Made by a program: the position numbers and the translations under genes
Notes under the pieces: model-generated
Seen by the model: the letters and a program-made list of their open reading frames with translations, nothing else
Told to the model about the DNA's origin: nothing
The model's database searches: none
In this document: one piece after another, positions 26,052-39,600 of the stretch
How the letters are laid out: every line of letters starts with the position of its first letter
Numbering within the stretch: position 1 is the first letter of the stretch
From: Botryllus schlosseri
Lineage: Eukaryota
DNA length: 64,000 nt
Assembly (NCBI GenBank): GCA_051294905.1
Contig: CM119372.1
Span: 13,270,001-13,334,000 of the forward strand
Direction of reading: 5' to 3'

Positions 26052-29000
26052 GTAAGTAAAGCTCCGTGCTTGGTGCGGATACCGTTTGTGACCGTAATGA
26101 TAAATCAGCGCTTCTATTGTTTTCGTCCGCTCAAGACTAGAGCCAGACCGATATAGGATTTTTGGGCCGATACCGGTAAAACCGATAACCCGAGAGGTGG
26201 TCAAAGTAGTCACCGTCGCTACTCAAGTAGAAGTAAAAGTATCGCCGGAATTTCTACTCAAGTAGAAGTAGGAGTGGGGGTTCACGAGTAAGTAAGTAGG
26301 TATATTTTACGCCTATTTTTACCTAAAAAACTGAAAACTGTCAAGTAGAAGTAGTCTAAAATCATAACTACTTAATATTAATAAGTAGTGTAAGTAGGAT
26401 TACGCCAAATCTACTTCAAGTACTTCAAAAAGTAGAAGTACTTCGTCACTGACCAGTGACGACCTCTGTATATATATCAGAGTGGGCAAACTGCGGCTCG
26501 CGAGCCATATGCGTCTCTTTCGGCCTTTGATTGTGCCTCTTTAATGATTGCGCAAATGCGCATACTTTTCACCATTTTGCTGGAGAGGTCTAACTCAGGG
26601 GTGGGCAATTATTTTTCACCGCGGGCCAAATGAAAGTAGAAAATACATTGACGAGCCGAGTCAACATTTTAACTATATTCTTCCACGTAATAATTGTATT
26701 TCTAAATTGAAAGCAGTGAATCACGTTGTTAATACATGCGCTCAGTGGATGTATTGAATTTCAGGCAATGAGAAAGTGACGATTAATTAACAAAAATAAT
26801 ATTTATTCGCCGTCATAATTCAAAACAATGGTAGGCATGATACATTTTAAACTCTTTTGTAACCCAGAGACACGCTTTCACTTTTTGACATGCCTGCCCG
26901 GGGCCCGTTCATCGTTTCATCACGAGCACTGATTGACTTGTTTTATGAATTAGGGGTGTGAAAGCGTAGCAATTCGAAGCACGGATTGTGTAAATGTGAC
27001 ACTGGCAACAAAGAAGGTTAGGACAACACTATGGGAAGAGCGACTTTTTGCGTCTTCATTTGTCACGGCGCACTTTACTACATTCGCTTTATTTTGACCC
27101 TCTGTTACTCTTATGACGTATGTAGGCTGCGTAATCGCGACAAATAAATAAACAGGCTTAAGAGTGAACGAATGTCCGCTTCAGTTTATACAGCCTACTA
27201 TTCTAGTCCACGGATTATCATTCAAAAGTAGGTTTTATGTACTTAATTCACGGCAACTTTTCGCGAGCCACTGAAAATCGCGTCGCGGGCCGCACTTTGC
27301 CCAGGTCTTGAAAGGCGCCGAGTTACGGGGTGGCGGGGTGGCGGCCACCCCATACAATAAGATTAAACGCCCGCCGTCTGTGATTTCAAATCATCAGCTC
27401 TGTAAATTATCGAGTCCGTGATAGCGCGTAAATGCCAATTATTCACCAATAACCGATACGCGCGGAAATAATTGAATGCGCAGCTTCGTTGGCGACGACG
27501 AACTAGTGCTTAACAAGCCCCAATAAATTGTAATCCGTGATTACTGATTAGTAATCATAATCAGACAGTCGAAGCAACCTCGTTTACGACGTCCGTTTCG
27601 ACACGCTTACGCTGAGAAACCCAATCTTCTCTCTCGACCAGACGAGCGAATTCGCGCTCTCTTTCTCTTGATTAAATTGTGTGCGATCATATTCGTTTAC
27701 AAAATAATTCTTTAGTTCCGAGATAGTCTCTTTAATTGGATGTTTTGAAGCGCGAAATAGGACAGTGTGTTTGTGCACGCCTGCGAATTGAAAGTCATTC
27801 CTGCGCAAAGTGCGCATATTCATTAGTCTAACAAGGCTTTGCCAACTTTTATCAGGAAATGCAACAATGCTGCTCAAACGTCGTTAAAATGAGCAAACAA
27901 TTGTCGCGATGTCAGACTTGGAACCCCGTTGTGCTGTACGCAAGTTGAAGAATTACTGATTACATGCTATCTTGTCTGCTTTATACACTTGTACTCCCTC
28001 GGTGTAGCTTGTCAGTGTTGGATTTGTTATTAATGCTGCGCTTTGTGCAGTGCACGACGTTGAATTACGATGTCAAAAATTGATGCAACACGAGATTCTC
28101 GGTGGCGCAAATTCTGAATTTATTCGGTTAGTTTGAACGGGAACCTTCTGTGTTCCAATAAACTTTGCTGGGCGGACTCTATCGAGCGCAGCCATATCGC
28201 GCATCGAATTTCAAACCTTTAGGATATGTTTTTCTATTCACAAGGTCGCGGCATGCGCCCCTATTGCTCTTACTGCAATAACACGTGGGTAATTAAAAGC
28301 GCACCTTTTTACGATCAAATTCGACTGGCTGATCGGGGCCCACGTATAGGCCTTAGGCCCCGGGCTGATATTAACCAGCGCGTTGTCGGCATAAAAACCC
28401 CAGGTGCGTAGCCAGGGAGTTTCTCATTCATAACTTGAAATCCCGTCCTTTTGAAATGCCAATTCACTAATTCGTATTATCGATGCTGCGTACTGCAAAT
28501 TAGCGAGAATCATGTGTATGCGAAATGGGTCATCGATATCTTATGTGCAGTGTGCACTATCGTCGGTGGTTTCATTTAGCGCGTCCATTTGCAGGCCTAC
28601 TACCGTCCGCAGAAACACTTTCGCCAAACAGTAACAATCTCCGAGTGTAATACTGTTTGTGTTTATGTATCTTTTTGATTAAAACTTGTGACCGCGTCTG
28701 AACAAATTGTGCTCGTTGCCTTTGCCGAATCTGGGTATTTTGGTATGACTAACGCACCCTGTAATTGTAATTATTGCTGGTTTGCGGCATGTCTGCAATT
28801 TCGTTATAACCGCAACTTTGCCGGCCGATTGTACAGTCCGATAAAATTGATCACTACTATGTATTTCGCACAGCGTACTGATGCTGATTTCAGCCAACTA
28901 ACGATCGTTATTAGATGTACAAATTCGACCTCATCGTCAGAAACGTAGATTTCATCGCGCGCTCTGAGAAACACCATGTCCTATCGCAGGGGTGGGCAAA

Positions 29001-29104
29001 CTTTTCAGCTCGCGGGCCGCATTCAACATCTTAATACATTCGCGGGCCGCACTATATATAATTGGGATTATAAACCAAAATGCAATATTGGTATTTGATT
29101 ACAG

Positions 29105-29979
29105 CAGTGGTTCTTAACCTGGGGGTAATTACCCCCAAAGGGGTAATTTACCAATTTTTGGGGGGTAATAGACATTTTTTAAAAACTTGTAACGCTGCAC
29201 TGAAATATTTTGAAACGTAAATATGAATGTAGGCTAGCTTATATTTCTGCGCGCTTGTATATATTTTGTTTCACTTTAACACACCATGCCTGCTGTGATA
29301 TCATATTAACCACTAGTGATTATGAATAAAAGGATCGAATGTCGTTTAGTATAGTGCTAGGTAAGTCCTATTTATTTTGCAGTAGTGGGGATCATTTATT
29401 GTTACGCATGCTGGCAAATTGAAAGACAACGGGGGTCGTCTAAGTTCAGCTTTTCACCTATAATACAGTAACAATATCATAGAAATAGAGTTATCAGTAT
29501 TGAAAAGTGTAGTGGTCTAGTCTAGTCAAAGAAATTAAGTCTAACATCATCACAATGCCTTCGAAGAAACGAGGCAAGATATTGGAACCTTTTGGGTTCG
29601 CCTTCAAAATGAATAACCAATCTTCGTCATCTTGGGATTGAACTTTCTGATTGAATTTCATTGAACTTATTGCCGTGAAATAGGATTTTCTGCAATGGTA
29701 TCTATCAAAACGAAATATCAAAATAAGTTTGCGATCGACAATTACAGGAGATGATGTCTATTATCCTCCCCTTTGTCCAGATGTGACCACTGGATAACAC
29801 AAAAACAGCCACAGCTTTCCCATTGACATGATATTTTCAACAGGCATTTCAGTGTACATTATGACGTCACGTTATGATGTAATATTATGATGACGTCACG
29901 TTATTTTCTGAAAAGGGGTAATTGCATCCCATCATTTTCTTCTCGGGGGTAACGATATGAAAAAGGTTAAGAACCACTG
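29105..29979. mobile_element. hAT (Charlie-like) non-autonomous element nested in 28987-31080
   Basis: TIR CAGTGGTTCTTAACCT...AGGTTAAGAACCACTG; perfect TSD GATTACAG (29097-29104, 29980-29987). Confidence 0.92.
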
Positions 29980-30522
29980 GATTACAGTGAGGACATGGAT
30001 ATAATATATATGCTTATTTAAAACAAACAAAACATTGCTTTGATGATATCATACACGCGTCAGAAGCAGTGACGTGATTTCATAGGCTGTTCGACCTCAA
30101 TGACCAATTTGCCAAAACTATAGAGATGAAAGTCGGTTGTCCCGATTCTTAGAACAGGATTGAAATTGAAATCTGTTAGCAGCGATCTGTTTATAGATTT
30201 ACTAATTCCACTTTTGGTTCAGTTCGAGGACACACAATGCTGACAGCATCATAACCATGTTAGATTCAAACACGCTTCTACTATTTGCAGATAAAATATA
30301 AATACCCTAAGTCTACGCATAGAACGAATCTATAAGCGCATCACTAAAATAGTTAAAACTGGAGTGGCCAATCTGAAATCACACTCGTGATCAGAATTAT
30401 GTCAATCTCGTTTAGGATTTCTGTGATTTTTAGCAGTTGAAACCTTTCAAACTCTGTGGGTCTTGAGATGGTCGAGCCAGAAATTAAACATAAAACTAAT
30501 ATAGGAAATATTTAACTTAGAA

Positions 30523-30831
30523 CAGTGGTTCTCGAACTTTTTAAGACACGTTCCTCTTGTGATGGTGAAAGATTTCGCGCCCCCTTATCGCCATATCACA
30601 AAACTTAACCAGGATGCTAGAAAACCCAACGGATAATTTGATGGTATGGAAGGTTACGACTGTGGATGAGAGATTTTTAGATATGAAATGCAGACTTACA
30701 GAGCACTAAATATGAATTGGGGGTAAATCGCGCGTAGCGCGAAAAATTTTTTCAGTTGAGCTCAGCTTCGCCCCCATTCAGATGCTTTCACGCCCTCAAG
30801 TGGAGCACGCTCCCCAGTTTGAGAACCACTG
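30523..30831. mobile_element. hAT (Charlie-like) MITE nested in 28987-31080
   Basis: TIR CAGTGGTTCTC...GAGAACCACTG; TSD ACTTAGAA/CCTTAGAA; inverted sister copy at 61601-61878. Confidence 0.85.
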
Positions 30832-30834
30832 CCT

Positions 30835-31001
30835 TAGAATTATACTAAGAGAAAGTTTAATTAATCCCTGCATTAATTCGATATTTAGTACGCATTTTAT
30901 TAATATTTTTAATAAGTTAAGAAATATACTAAGAGAAAGTTTAATTAATCCCTGCATTAATTCGATATTTAGTACGCATTTTATTAATATTTTTAATAAG
31001 T
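30835..31001. repeat. 84-bp tandem duplication
   Basis: TATACTAAGAGAAAGTTTAATTAATCCCTGC...AATAAGT starts at 30841 and again at 30925. Confidence 0.9.
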
Positions 31002-34000
31002 TTCTTTTGACTCTCGCGGGCCGCACAAAACGGTGTTGCGGGCCGCATGCGGCCCGCGGGCCGTAGTTTGCCCACCCCTGTCCTATCGCGATTTGACGAC
31101 CAAATATACGTCAACCTTCTTCAAATTATAGTGCATTATTGGCATCTATGCGGGCGCAATCCGCGTGTAAGATATTTTGTGAAACATTTTTGAGATCAAT
31201 ATTCTCGGAGCGCAAAGTTGAACAGTGTTTTATTGTGTGTGTCTGCTTGTTGGAATTTATTCCAGTGCCCATAACTTTAATCCAATTATGCTTTGCGAAC
31301 GTAAATCGGGAAACGCTGGAATGCAGTCAAAATCAATGTTTTAATCAGCAACCAATTGTCGCGATGCGAGCTACTCAATACTAAGTAAAAACCCATTGTG
31401 TTGGCGGCAAGGTTTATATTCATATTTCTTGTCTGTCTTTCGTATTCCAGAATTGTCGCGCCGTATTACTGCTCACTGCTCAGTTCAGCGATGATTGCCA
31501 AGCTCGGCAATCAATGACCTAACTTCGCAAATCATCTCAGCGGCAGATCGCGTCGCGTTACATTGTCGCGTCGCGTCGCGTTACATTGCACCGACGAATC
31601 TCGCTAATTGGTCGTGGCTGCGCGTAACACTGACAATACGACTTGTTGAATTGCAACTGAATAATAGCATCAGAATGGTCATTTCAAAAGGACGGTGTTT
31701 TGCGTTTCAAAAAGATGGGTTTCGATACCCCTTATGGCTACGAGCCGACCGCCACCCCATGCAAAAATAAATGTCGACGCCTATGAGTGGTGGAACCTGA
31801 TTATAAATTGATACATTCTATCGCGAATTAACGATATGCGTATTGTTTTCGTGTTGTTTATTTTCTTATGGATTGCGCTCAAGACTTGTAAAATTTAGGG
31901 GAGGGTGGCGCTATAGAGACTGTAGGCCTGTAGGGGCACTACGGTTAGAAAATTGCGAATGAATTCTCGAATCGACTTCACATAAACGTTTCCCCGCAAC
32001 AGGTGCCTGGTCATCAATCAATGACGAATCATTGTGTTCAACAATGAACTAGATAATTAATCACGCCAGCGCAGGTCACAATCGTCTCCGGGCTAGCACT
32101 GCCGTGAATACGGCTCTTCCATTTGTATAGAAAAGGCTAGCAATAACTGCAGAGTTTGGCCAAGAAAATTTCGTTGAGCGATGATCGCAAGAAAAGAAAG
32201 TATGACCAGAAAATAGAACAGTAACTTGAAACGTCATTATTACGAAACCAAACACCGCAACTTCGCTACGTGTTACCCAACGAAGACCGACTTACGGAGT
32301 AAATTTGCAGATTTACGGAGTAAACTTCATTCGCTAGCCTACATCTCATTGTGACGTCTCAAATTCGTATTTTTGCATTCTTGTGTTGTGCATGGCTAAG
32401 ATTTTTGGTATGCGGCTCGCGCATGAAGCAGGTCTGCCCATCCTACGAGGCTATGCGTTATGCAATTTACATAAACACGTTATTACTCTCGGGCATATAG
32501 TCAGACTATATATAATAAGAGTGTGGGACGAGGCAAGGAACGAGTGGCGAGGTCACGGGTTCGCTGAGTGACAGCCAATATCTTGATAACGCACTGTTCG
32601 AAAAGTAATATATAATAGGGCCCCGGTGCATATTCCTCTCAGTCGCAGGCTTGCTTGACAAACCAGGAGTACCTGCCTTAAAACAGCGGTTCTGAAAGTA
32701 TGGGTCGCGAAGGGTATAAATTTGAGTCGCGACCGCACCAGAGCTATCATGTACGTAATAATTGCTGATTTTTTATGTTTTTTTCAAAAGTATGTACACA
32801 ATCATGGCATAATTATACAACTTTTGAAAATATAATCGATTTTGCTTTTGTGGCATTTTTAATCACTGTTGAAAACGTGGTAAAAAGTGTTCTCAAGCAT
32901 GATTTGTTTTAAATGCAACCCTAATCAGAGACCATTTGATTAGTAATTGTTAAGAAGATAGTTTATCAAAGATGGAACGACGTAGGACGGGGCTCTTAAT
33001 AATCGTCAGATTATATTTTCATCTGCCCAAGACACGCAATGTACAATGCGATATACAAGACACACAATGCGATGTAATGAACAGATAGGCCATAGGGGGA
33101 TACCGGAACGACCAGTTGCATGCTGGCATCCACCTCGGCCTAAGTTCCTGATGTCACAGTCTTCTTCGATGTTAGTCCTTCTTCGTCTGTCCTTTTAGAA
33201 GCTATTTCTTGCTCTTTTCTTTCTTTATCGGGTCTTTTTGCTGTTTTTATTTGTCACCGTAATAACAGCGACACGGGGACGAGGAGCCCAAAATAACTTC
33301 CGACGACGGGACTTAATCCCGGGCCGCTTGCGTAGATGGCGCCGACGCTCACCACTACGCCATCTTGTAAAACTACGTCTTTCTAGTTTGAGTGTTGTGG
33401 AGTTTCTGCAACTGACGGCTTTCTCGATTACACGAGGACTTCGGAGAAATATCCTGACGGCTCACGTTGGTATATGGCAGAATTAGGAAAAGATAAACCA
33501 GGTAATCACCGAATGATTCAGCTATAGTTAAGCTCATAGATCCATTGACTGTGCCAAGCTGCCAACCATCTTTTTTTCCTAGAACTGTGGCCTTCGTCAT
33601 GCTGTCGGGGGGAATTGGTTATCACGGCCGAGAATTCGGCATGCCATGACCAACAGAAACCACCTGAAAAATTGATATACACCGGGGTATCCGTAAAACT
33701 GCGAATAAATACTATTGTAGTTGCATCATGTAACTCATTCGAGCCTTTTAATTATAGGGCTGCAAACCGAAAGTCGAATCATTCGTTAACGACAGCCTTC
33801 TTCAAGCGTCGATCATAGCAGCCACGCTTGTGTTAATCGAGGTAACTTTTGCGAATTGCTGTTGCTAATTGTGCATGATGATATATTAAGGTTGTATGAT
33901 TGCGCCTTCGACTTGCCTTATTGCCGTGTAAAATGCGATGTTCAATGGTTAGTTTCATATTTTACTTCCTCTAATGGCACTGTTCCTCCCGTGTCGAAGT

Positions 34001-35051
34001 CAGGGCATATGGAATGGAATGGGAATTTTCCATACTCCATACCCGTCCCAATCGTTCCATACCATACTTAACAATTTTCCATACCATAGCAACCTTCTTC
34101 CATACCATATTTGATACTTTTTACATACTTTCTCAACTTGCCCAACCTCTCAAGTGATGTTCTAATTTTGATATGTGGAAATGTTCCAGCGTTTTTATTC
34201 TAATTATTTACGGAATTATCCATTTAAACAGCCCTATGATCCACCAATGATATAGCCCCAGTTTCTTTATATCATTTGTCGTTAGCAATGTATGTTGCCC
34301 AATCGTCGAAGACCGAACGTATAATATATACAGTTATACACACGGGATTATTTGACAATCGCAACAAAATCTCATGACATGTAAATCTAATGTGGTAACT
34401 CACTGCTAGCAGTATCACCATCTAGAAAATCACATAAACCAAAGGTATATATCGTGAAATCAGAAGATTGATTCCCAAATCCCAACCTTTTTTTTCTTTA
34501 TTCCCATAGGCCACAACCTGAAATCTATATTTCCACCCTTTAAAATTGCTCCCTCCAATAAAATTTGGCCTGACTTTGTTTTGTAAAGACTCGCTATTAG
34601 TGAAAGTCAAGACCCCCAGAATTGAACAGCACGCAATAAAATTAATGAGCAGTGAACTGGTAGCCGTAAACGCAATGTTGTGCCTCCGTAAAATGTATAT
34701 GTGAGCCGACAGAAAAACAGGAAGGGTTTGAAATATTTCCAAATGTATACCGAGGTAGCATCAATTTACATGTGTAAATGCCAGATAATGCATGGGTCAG
34801 ATAAAAGTCCTGCTGTTGACGAACTTATGCGTAGGCTATGGTAGATATAAGCCGCCATAAGCTACACTTTCGCATGCTAACTCGAAAAGAAATATGTCAT
34901 TTCATCTGCACAATTAGCGAGTCTCCGATCTGCCGTGGATACATATTCGTATACATATGAACTCTCATTATAACGAATCAGGTGATTTCAATCACACCAT
35001 TTCGCATACGCATCAACAACCTTATGCGTGAGATCGCCTGCCGCTGTCCAG

Positions 35052-35713
35052 TAGGGCTCTTCAAAAATGACTTTTTTTCTCAAATCGTACTTGCTACTTA
35101 ATAAAATTGTTAGGTTACCTAATTTAAGCCTACACACAAAATTTGGTTCAATTCCAGCCAGTAACCGCTTTGCTACAGGAGAAGTAAGTTTCTATTTATT
35201 ATATAAAAATAAATATTAAAAAATTTGAAAATTTTTTGTTCACCCCATGAAAGTGTTAGGCTGTCTATAGAAACGATGCTCACCAAATTTGGTTCAATTC
35301 CAACCAGTGGAAGCGGAGTTATTGCCGTCGAAAAATTTGGATTTGAATAAAATAGTATTTACGGTGAGCACAACTATAATAAATAAACAAAGAACCGGTC
35401 ACCGTAAATACTATTTTATTCAAATCCAAATTTTTCGACGGCAATAACTCCGCTTCCACTGGTTGGAATTGAACAAAATTTGGTGAGCATCGTTTCTATA
35501 GACAGCCTAACACTTTCATGGGGTGAACAAAAAATTTTCAAATGTTTTATTATTTAATTTTATATAATAAATAGAAACTTACTTCTCCTGTAGCAAAGCG
35601 ATTACTGGCAGGAATTGAACCAAATTTTGTGTGTAGGCTTAAATTACGTAACCTAACAATTTTAAGAAGTAGCCAGTACGATTTGAGAAAAAAGTCATTT
35701 TTGAAGAGCCCTA
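35052..35713. mobile_element. About 660-bp palindromic (foldback) MITE
   Basis: Arms of about 316 bp (TAGGGCTCTTCAAAAATGAC... / ...GTCATTTTTGAAGAGCCCTA) around a loop of about 30 bp; flanked by CTGTCCAG(T) direct repeats (35044-35052, 35716-35724). Confidence 0.88.
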
Positions 35714-36137
35714 TACTGTCCAGTCGATTCTCGCTAATTGGAGGCACTGATAATACGAATTACTGAATTGCAGATGAGCTAATAGGCCTGAATATTAGAG
35801 ATACGATCGGCATTTCATACAGACGTAATAAACGAGGTTAATACAAGTGAGTCCATTCCCTACCAGAAACCACCAAATTCTCCACCGGTTAGAAACCCCT
35901 GCATTAGAATACATCTTAGAATATAAATTTACATCACTACAATCATTTTGGTACAGCGGATCAAATGTCCATTTTCCCCGCCAATCTGTGGGTCACACAT
36001 TAGATTCGGAAGCCAACATCAGAGTGCTCATTCTTCTATCAGAGATAACCAAATTTCATGAATTTTAATGCGTGTTGGAGGCCGGCATATCATATAGCGT
36101 CAGTAGTATAGTCGATCGCTCGCACATTGGCGTTGGT

Positions 36138-36640
36138 TCTTATGGGCGGGGTGGCGAGCTAACGAGAAACCGGGGGTGGCGAACTAACGTTTTCGTCTTA
36201 TGGCGGGGGTGGCGAACTAACGTTTCGTCTTATGGCGGGGGTGGCGAACTAACGTTTTCGTCTTATGGGCGGGGTGGCGAGCTAACGAGAAACCGGGGGT
36301 GGCGAACTAACGTTTTCGTCTTATGGCGGGGGTGGCGAACTAACGTTTTCGTCTTATGGCGGGAGTGGTGAGCGGCTCTTATTTCTTATGGTGGGGGTGG
36401 TGAGCGGCTATTGCGTCTCATGGCGGGGTTGGTGAGCGGCTATTGCGTCTTATGGGTGCGGTCGTGATTCGCCTTTTCGGGTATAGGCTGCGGCGGTGAG
36501 GTGCCTGAAAACCCGGGGTGGTGACTCGCCTTTTTTGCTATAGGCGGGGGCGGTGATTCGCCTGTCGTGTATTCTTACGGGTTCTGTGGTGATTTACCAT
36601 GTGTTCTTACGGGCGTGGTGGTGATTCGCACTTTCAGGTA
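36138..36640. repeat. GC-rich subterminal tandem repeats of the palindromic element (left)
   Basis: Units of about 33 bp, TTATGGCGGGGGTGGCGAACTAACGTTTTCGTC, and variants; mirrored at about 48715-49160. Confidence 0.9.
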
Positions 36641-39600
36641 TCTCTCGCGTGGTGTTGAATATGCACGAGTCACCAACAATAACCGCACAAACGGAAACGT
36701 GGCTTGTAAGAGGATTTATGCAGTGCGTGCGACCTATATTTCGAATGACCTGCGTGCGGAATTGTTTCCCGGCCAAATGCGTGCTACTATCGATTATTAC
36801 ACTAATCCATTCAGTGCGAAATAGTTTGCTAAATCTAGGAGTCACTTCCAAGGTAATATTTTGGTAATTAGTTTACCACAGAGCCGGCGTAGACGGCGAT
36901 TCGAATATCAGCAATAACCGCGTTCACAAACTAACACTTCAAAAATGTGTGAAATAGTTTGCAAAACCCCGCGATCGCTGACAAGATAATGTCTCGGACA
37001 TAACCATCTTTCGCGACTTGGTGTTACAGGCACATCGATCGCTCACGCGGTGAAATATTCGTAAGCATCACTCGCAGAATTATATTTTGGTAATTATTTT
37101 GTCACAGAGCCGTCGCAGGGGGTGGTTCGAAAACCGACAATTTGTCACTCGCCCGCGATCGCTATATGTTTCACGCCTCCAGAATAGTGGCTGACTTTAG
37201 TTGCGTGATAAGATCCATGAAAATATTCAATCAATGTGTTAGTTTATCAACTTGAAATGAAACTCACTACACAAATCAAGTCGATTCGTATCTGAATGTT
37301 TTAAATCGGTACAACTCTAATCCTTTGACAAATCCCTTAACGCGTTTTTGTTGAATCGAACGTAACCCGAATATTACTGACGCGGACTTTCAGCCGCATC
37401 GAATTATTCGCGCATTCCGCGCCACTGTTTTCACACTTATAGAATCAATACCAACTATAACTCTACAAGAATCAAGAATCACAAGTATGTGCATTACACA
37501 GTTATTGTCTTTATTAACTTGAAATCAAACACTTAACAAAAACACGCAACTAATCATTTGGCAACTCTAGCATTACCAAAAAATTCCAGTATTGTTGATT
37601 GAAAATCCTTGAGTCATTATTATCAAAAATGTTATAGTACCGCATCGGAATCCATTCGCGGGATGTACTAAAGGTAAATCCAGATAATCCAAAATGAAAT
37701 ATTTGGACTTTGACAAACATGACTACCAACTTTGATCCAGTCACATTTCAAGATCATACTTTGAAACAATCCTTGAAACTTACAACTCTATTCACGACCG
37801 AGTTTTCCGTTTATCAAATAGAGTTTCAGTAAATACTATCGCGATATTTTAATGTGTTACTACACACAATAGAATCAATCAATGAAATAGCACCTGTTGT
37901 AAATATTTCTAACTTGACAACCACTTGTGCATACCGCGATCGACTTGTGACGCGATGAGTTAAATCGGAATATTTCAATCTATTTGTCGAAACCTTGAAC
38001 AAACTAGCAGGTTATTTTTTGTTGCAATCGAGAGAACGGAAATAGTATTATGTCTCAACATTTTAACATCTTCCCATACACAAAAGAGTAAAATACAAAA
38101 AAGCCTTGTCAAGTCAATCCGTTTGTAACTTACCCAACCAAAGCAAAAAGTATCCTTATGAAAAGTAGACAAGACTACGCGAGTAATCACCATAATCCAA
38201 AATCCATAGCAAGTTCGGTTGTACTCATAGTCCACCAAATCGTATTTTTGTTCAACTTCAAAAGTCGTTACTATTCTGTAAGATAAAGTAATTACTACTC
38301 GGTATATTTCATAAACCAAAGTAAATACTACTCGGTGTATGGTTTGAGATTAACATATTACATTTGAGTATACCGGATTTGAATATCCGACCAATGTAGT
38401 TGAGAATTCATTTCTTACAATCGAACGCAGGCGTTATATTGAAAATTTTCACGATGTAAACATATGAATTGACACATTGATTTTGACATATGAGATTTTG
38501 TAATAGTCGATCATGACTTGATTATTAAATTATGACATTATTAGACCAGGCTGTGTTGAAGGCTATTACGATACCAACAAACTTTTCAGAAACATTGTTA
38601 TTAACACATCGATTTGTGAAACTAGATTAACATATCTGAAATGTTTTGATGAGGAGGTTTAACCCATGTTCGTAAAAACCACGCAGCGTATTGTGGATAT
38701 CAGGAAATATTTTACAAATGTAATTGCCTCCAGTAACCAAGACTAAAGATGAAACAACAATTTCCTTTGTTGAACAATAACCGGCACAATACTTTATCAT
38801 CGTAATCTGTGGTGAGAATTGAAACACTTTCGCACATTACCCGGTGTCAAGATATCACTCTAGGTGAATTGACATACCACCGCTTGATTAATACCTACTC
38901 CGTTCGCACCATTTCACATACTTTGATCATTACAAAAGTAAATTGGAATATGTTTGCTAGATGCATTCAATTCAGTTAGAAATGTCTGGTGCACAACAAT
39001 CGTAATATCGAAAAAGTACTTGCTACACTATAATTCACTAAACGTGTTTTGTATTGTTGTTCATTTGTAGTATTGATTGAAATTGTTTTTGAACCCTCAA
39101 ATAATAATTCCCGACATGAAACTAAGCCGCCGAAAGTCGTTACCATCACAAAGAAACAATTTGCACGATGTTTACTAAATGTGTCCTATAGTTAGGTGTA
39201 CTGGAATTATTTGTAAAACACACACACACACACGATCAGAGAAATTGGAAATTTTTCCGTTGTCATTCGCTAAAGTAAATGTCATCACAATACTCTGTCA
39301 CTAAAAGACGTTACTTGGACGTGCTTGAATTCTAGACATAATTCTGATTTACCCAACACAAGACCCAAGGACAACCCTAGTTTCAGCCGAACACAGATAT
39401 CCAAAATATCACACACTTCGCTATTCCTAAAGCACAAACACCCGATACAAAATAATACTTGTTGTGTTGTTGCGGCATCATCACTCAACAATATCACCCT
39501 CAATACAAATGATGTTTATGTGTAACATGCTATTGATTTGAACCACACCCACCTGACGGAAGAGGATTTACTCAATCTTTACAAAATGGATATTAACCAA

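Larger units (their letters stand above)
28987..31080. mobile_element. hAT-like element with GTF2IRD2/Spin-type transposase C-terminal remnant
   Basis: TIR CAGGGGTGGGCAAAC...GTTTGCCCACCCCTG; perfect TSD TCCTATCG (28979-28986, 31081-31088); minus strand about 30068-30205 reads KSINRSLLTD..VLRIGTT..FGKLV..KSRH. Confidence 0.9.
27312..31785. mobile_element. Dispersed DNA-transposon-like repeat hosting nested insertions
   Basis: Inverted-like ends AGGCGCCGAG..GGGGTGGCGG / CCGCCACCCC..GTCGACGCCTATG. Internal 27700-28380 is homologous to the interrupted repeat in the MORC2 intron (about 2960-3043 + 5092-5414 + 6377-6655). Confidence 0.6.

Noticed and set aside
36138..36420. Regular repeats of about 33 bp resembling a CRISPR array
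   Set aside because: Head-to-tail tandem units with no unique spacers, no cas genes, and a eukaryotic context.
39455..39515. CCG-encoding stretch as the missing tetraspanin exon
   Set aside because: It lies inside the palindromic element, has no suitable acceptor and stops within about 15 codons.
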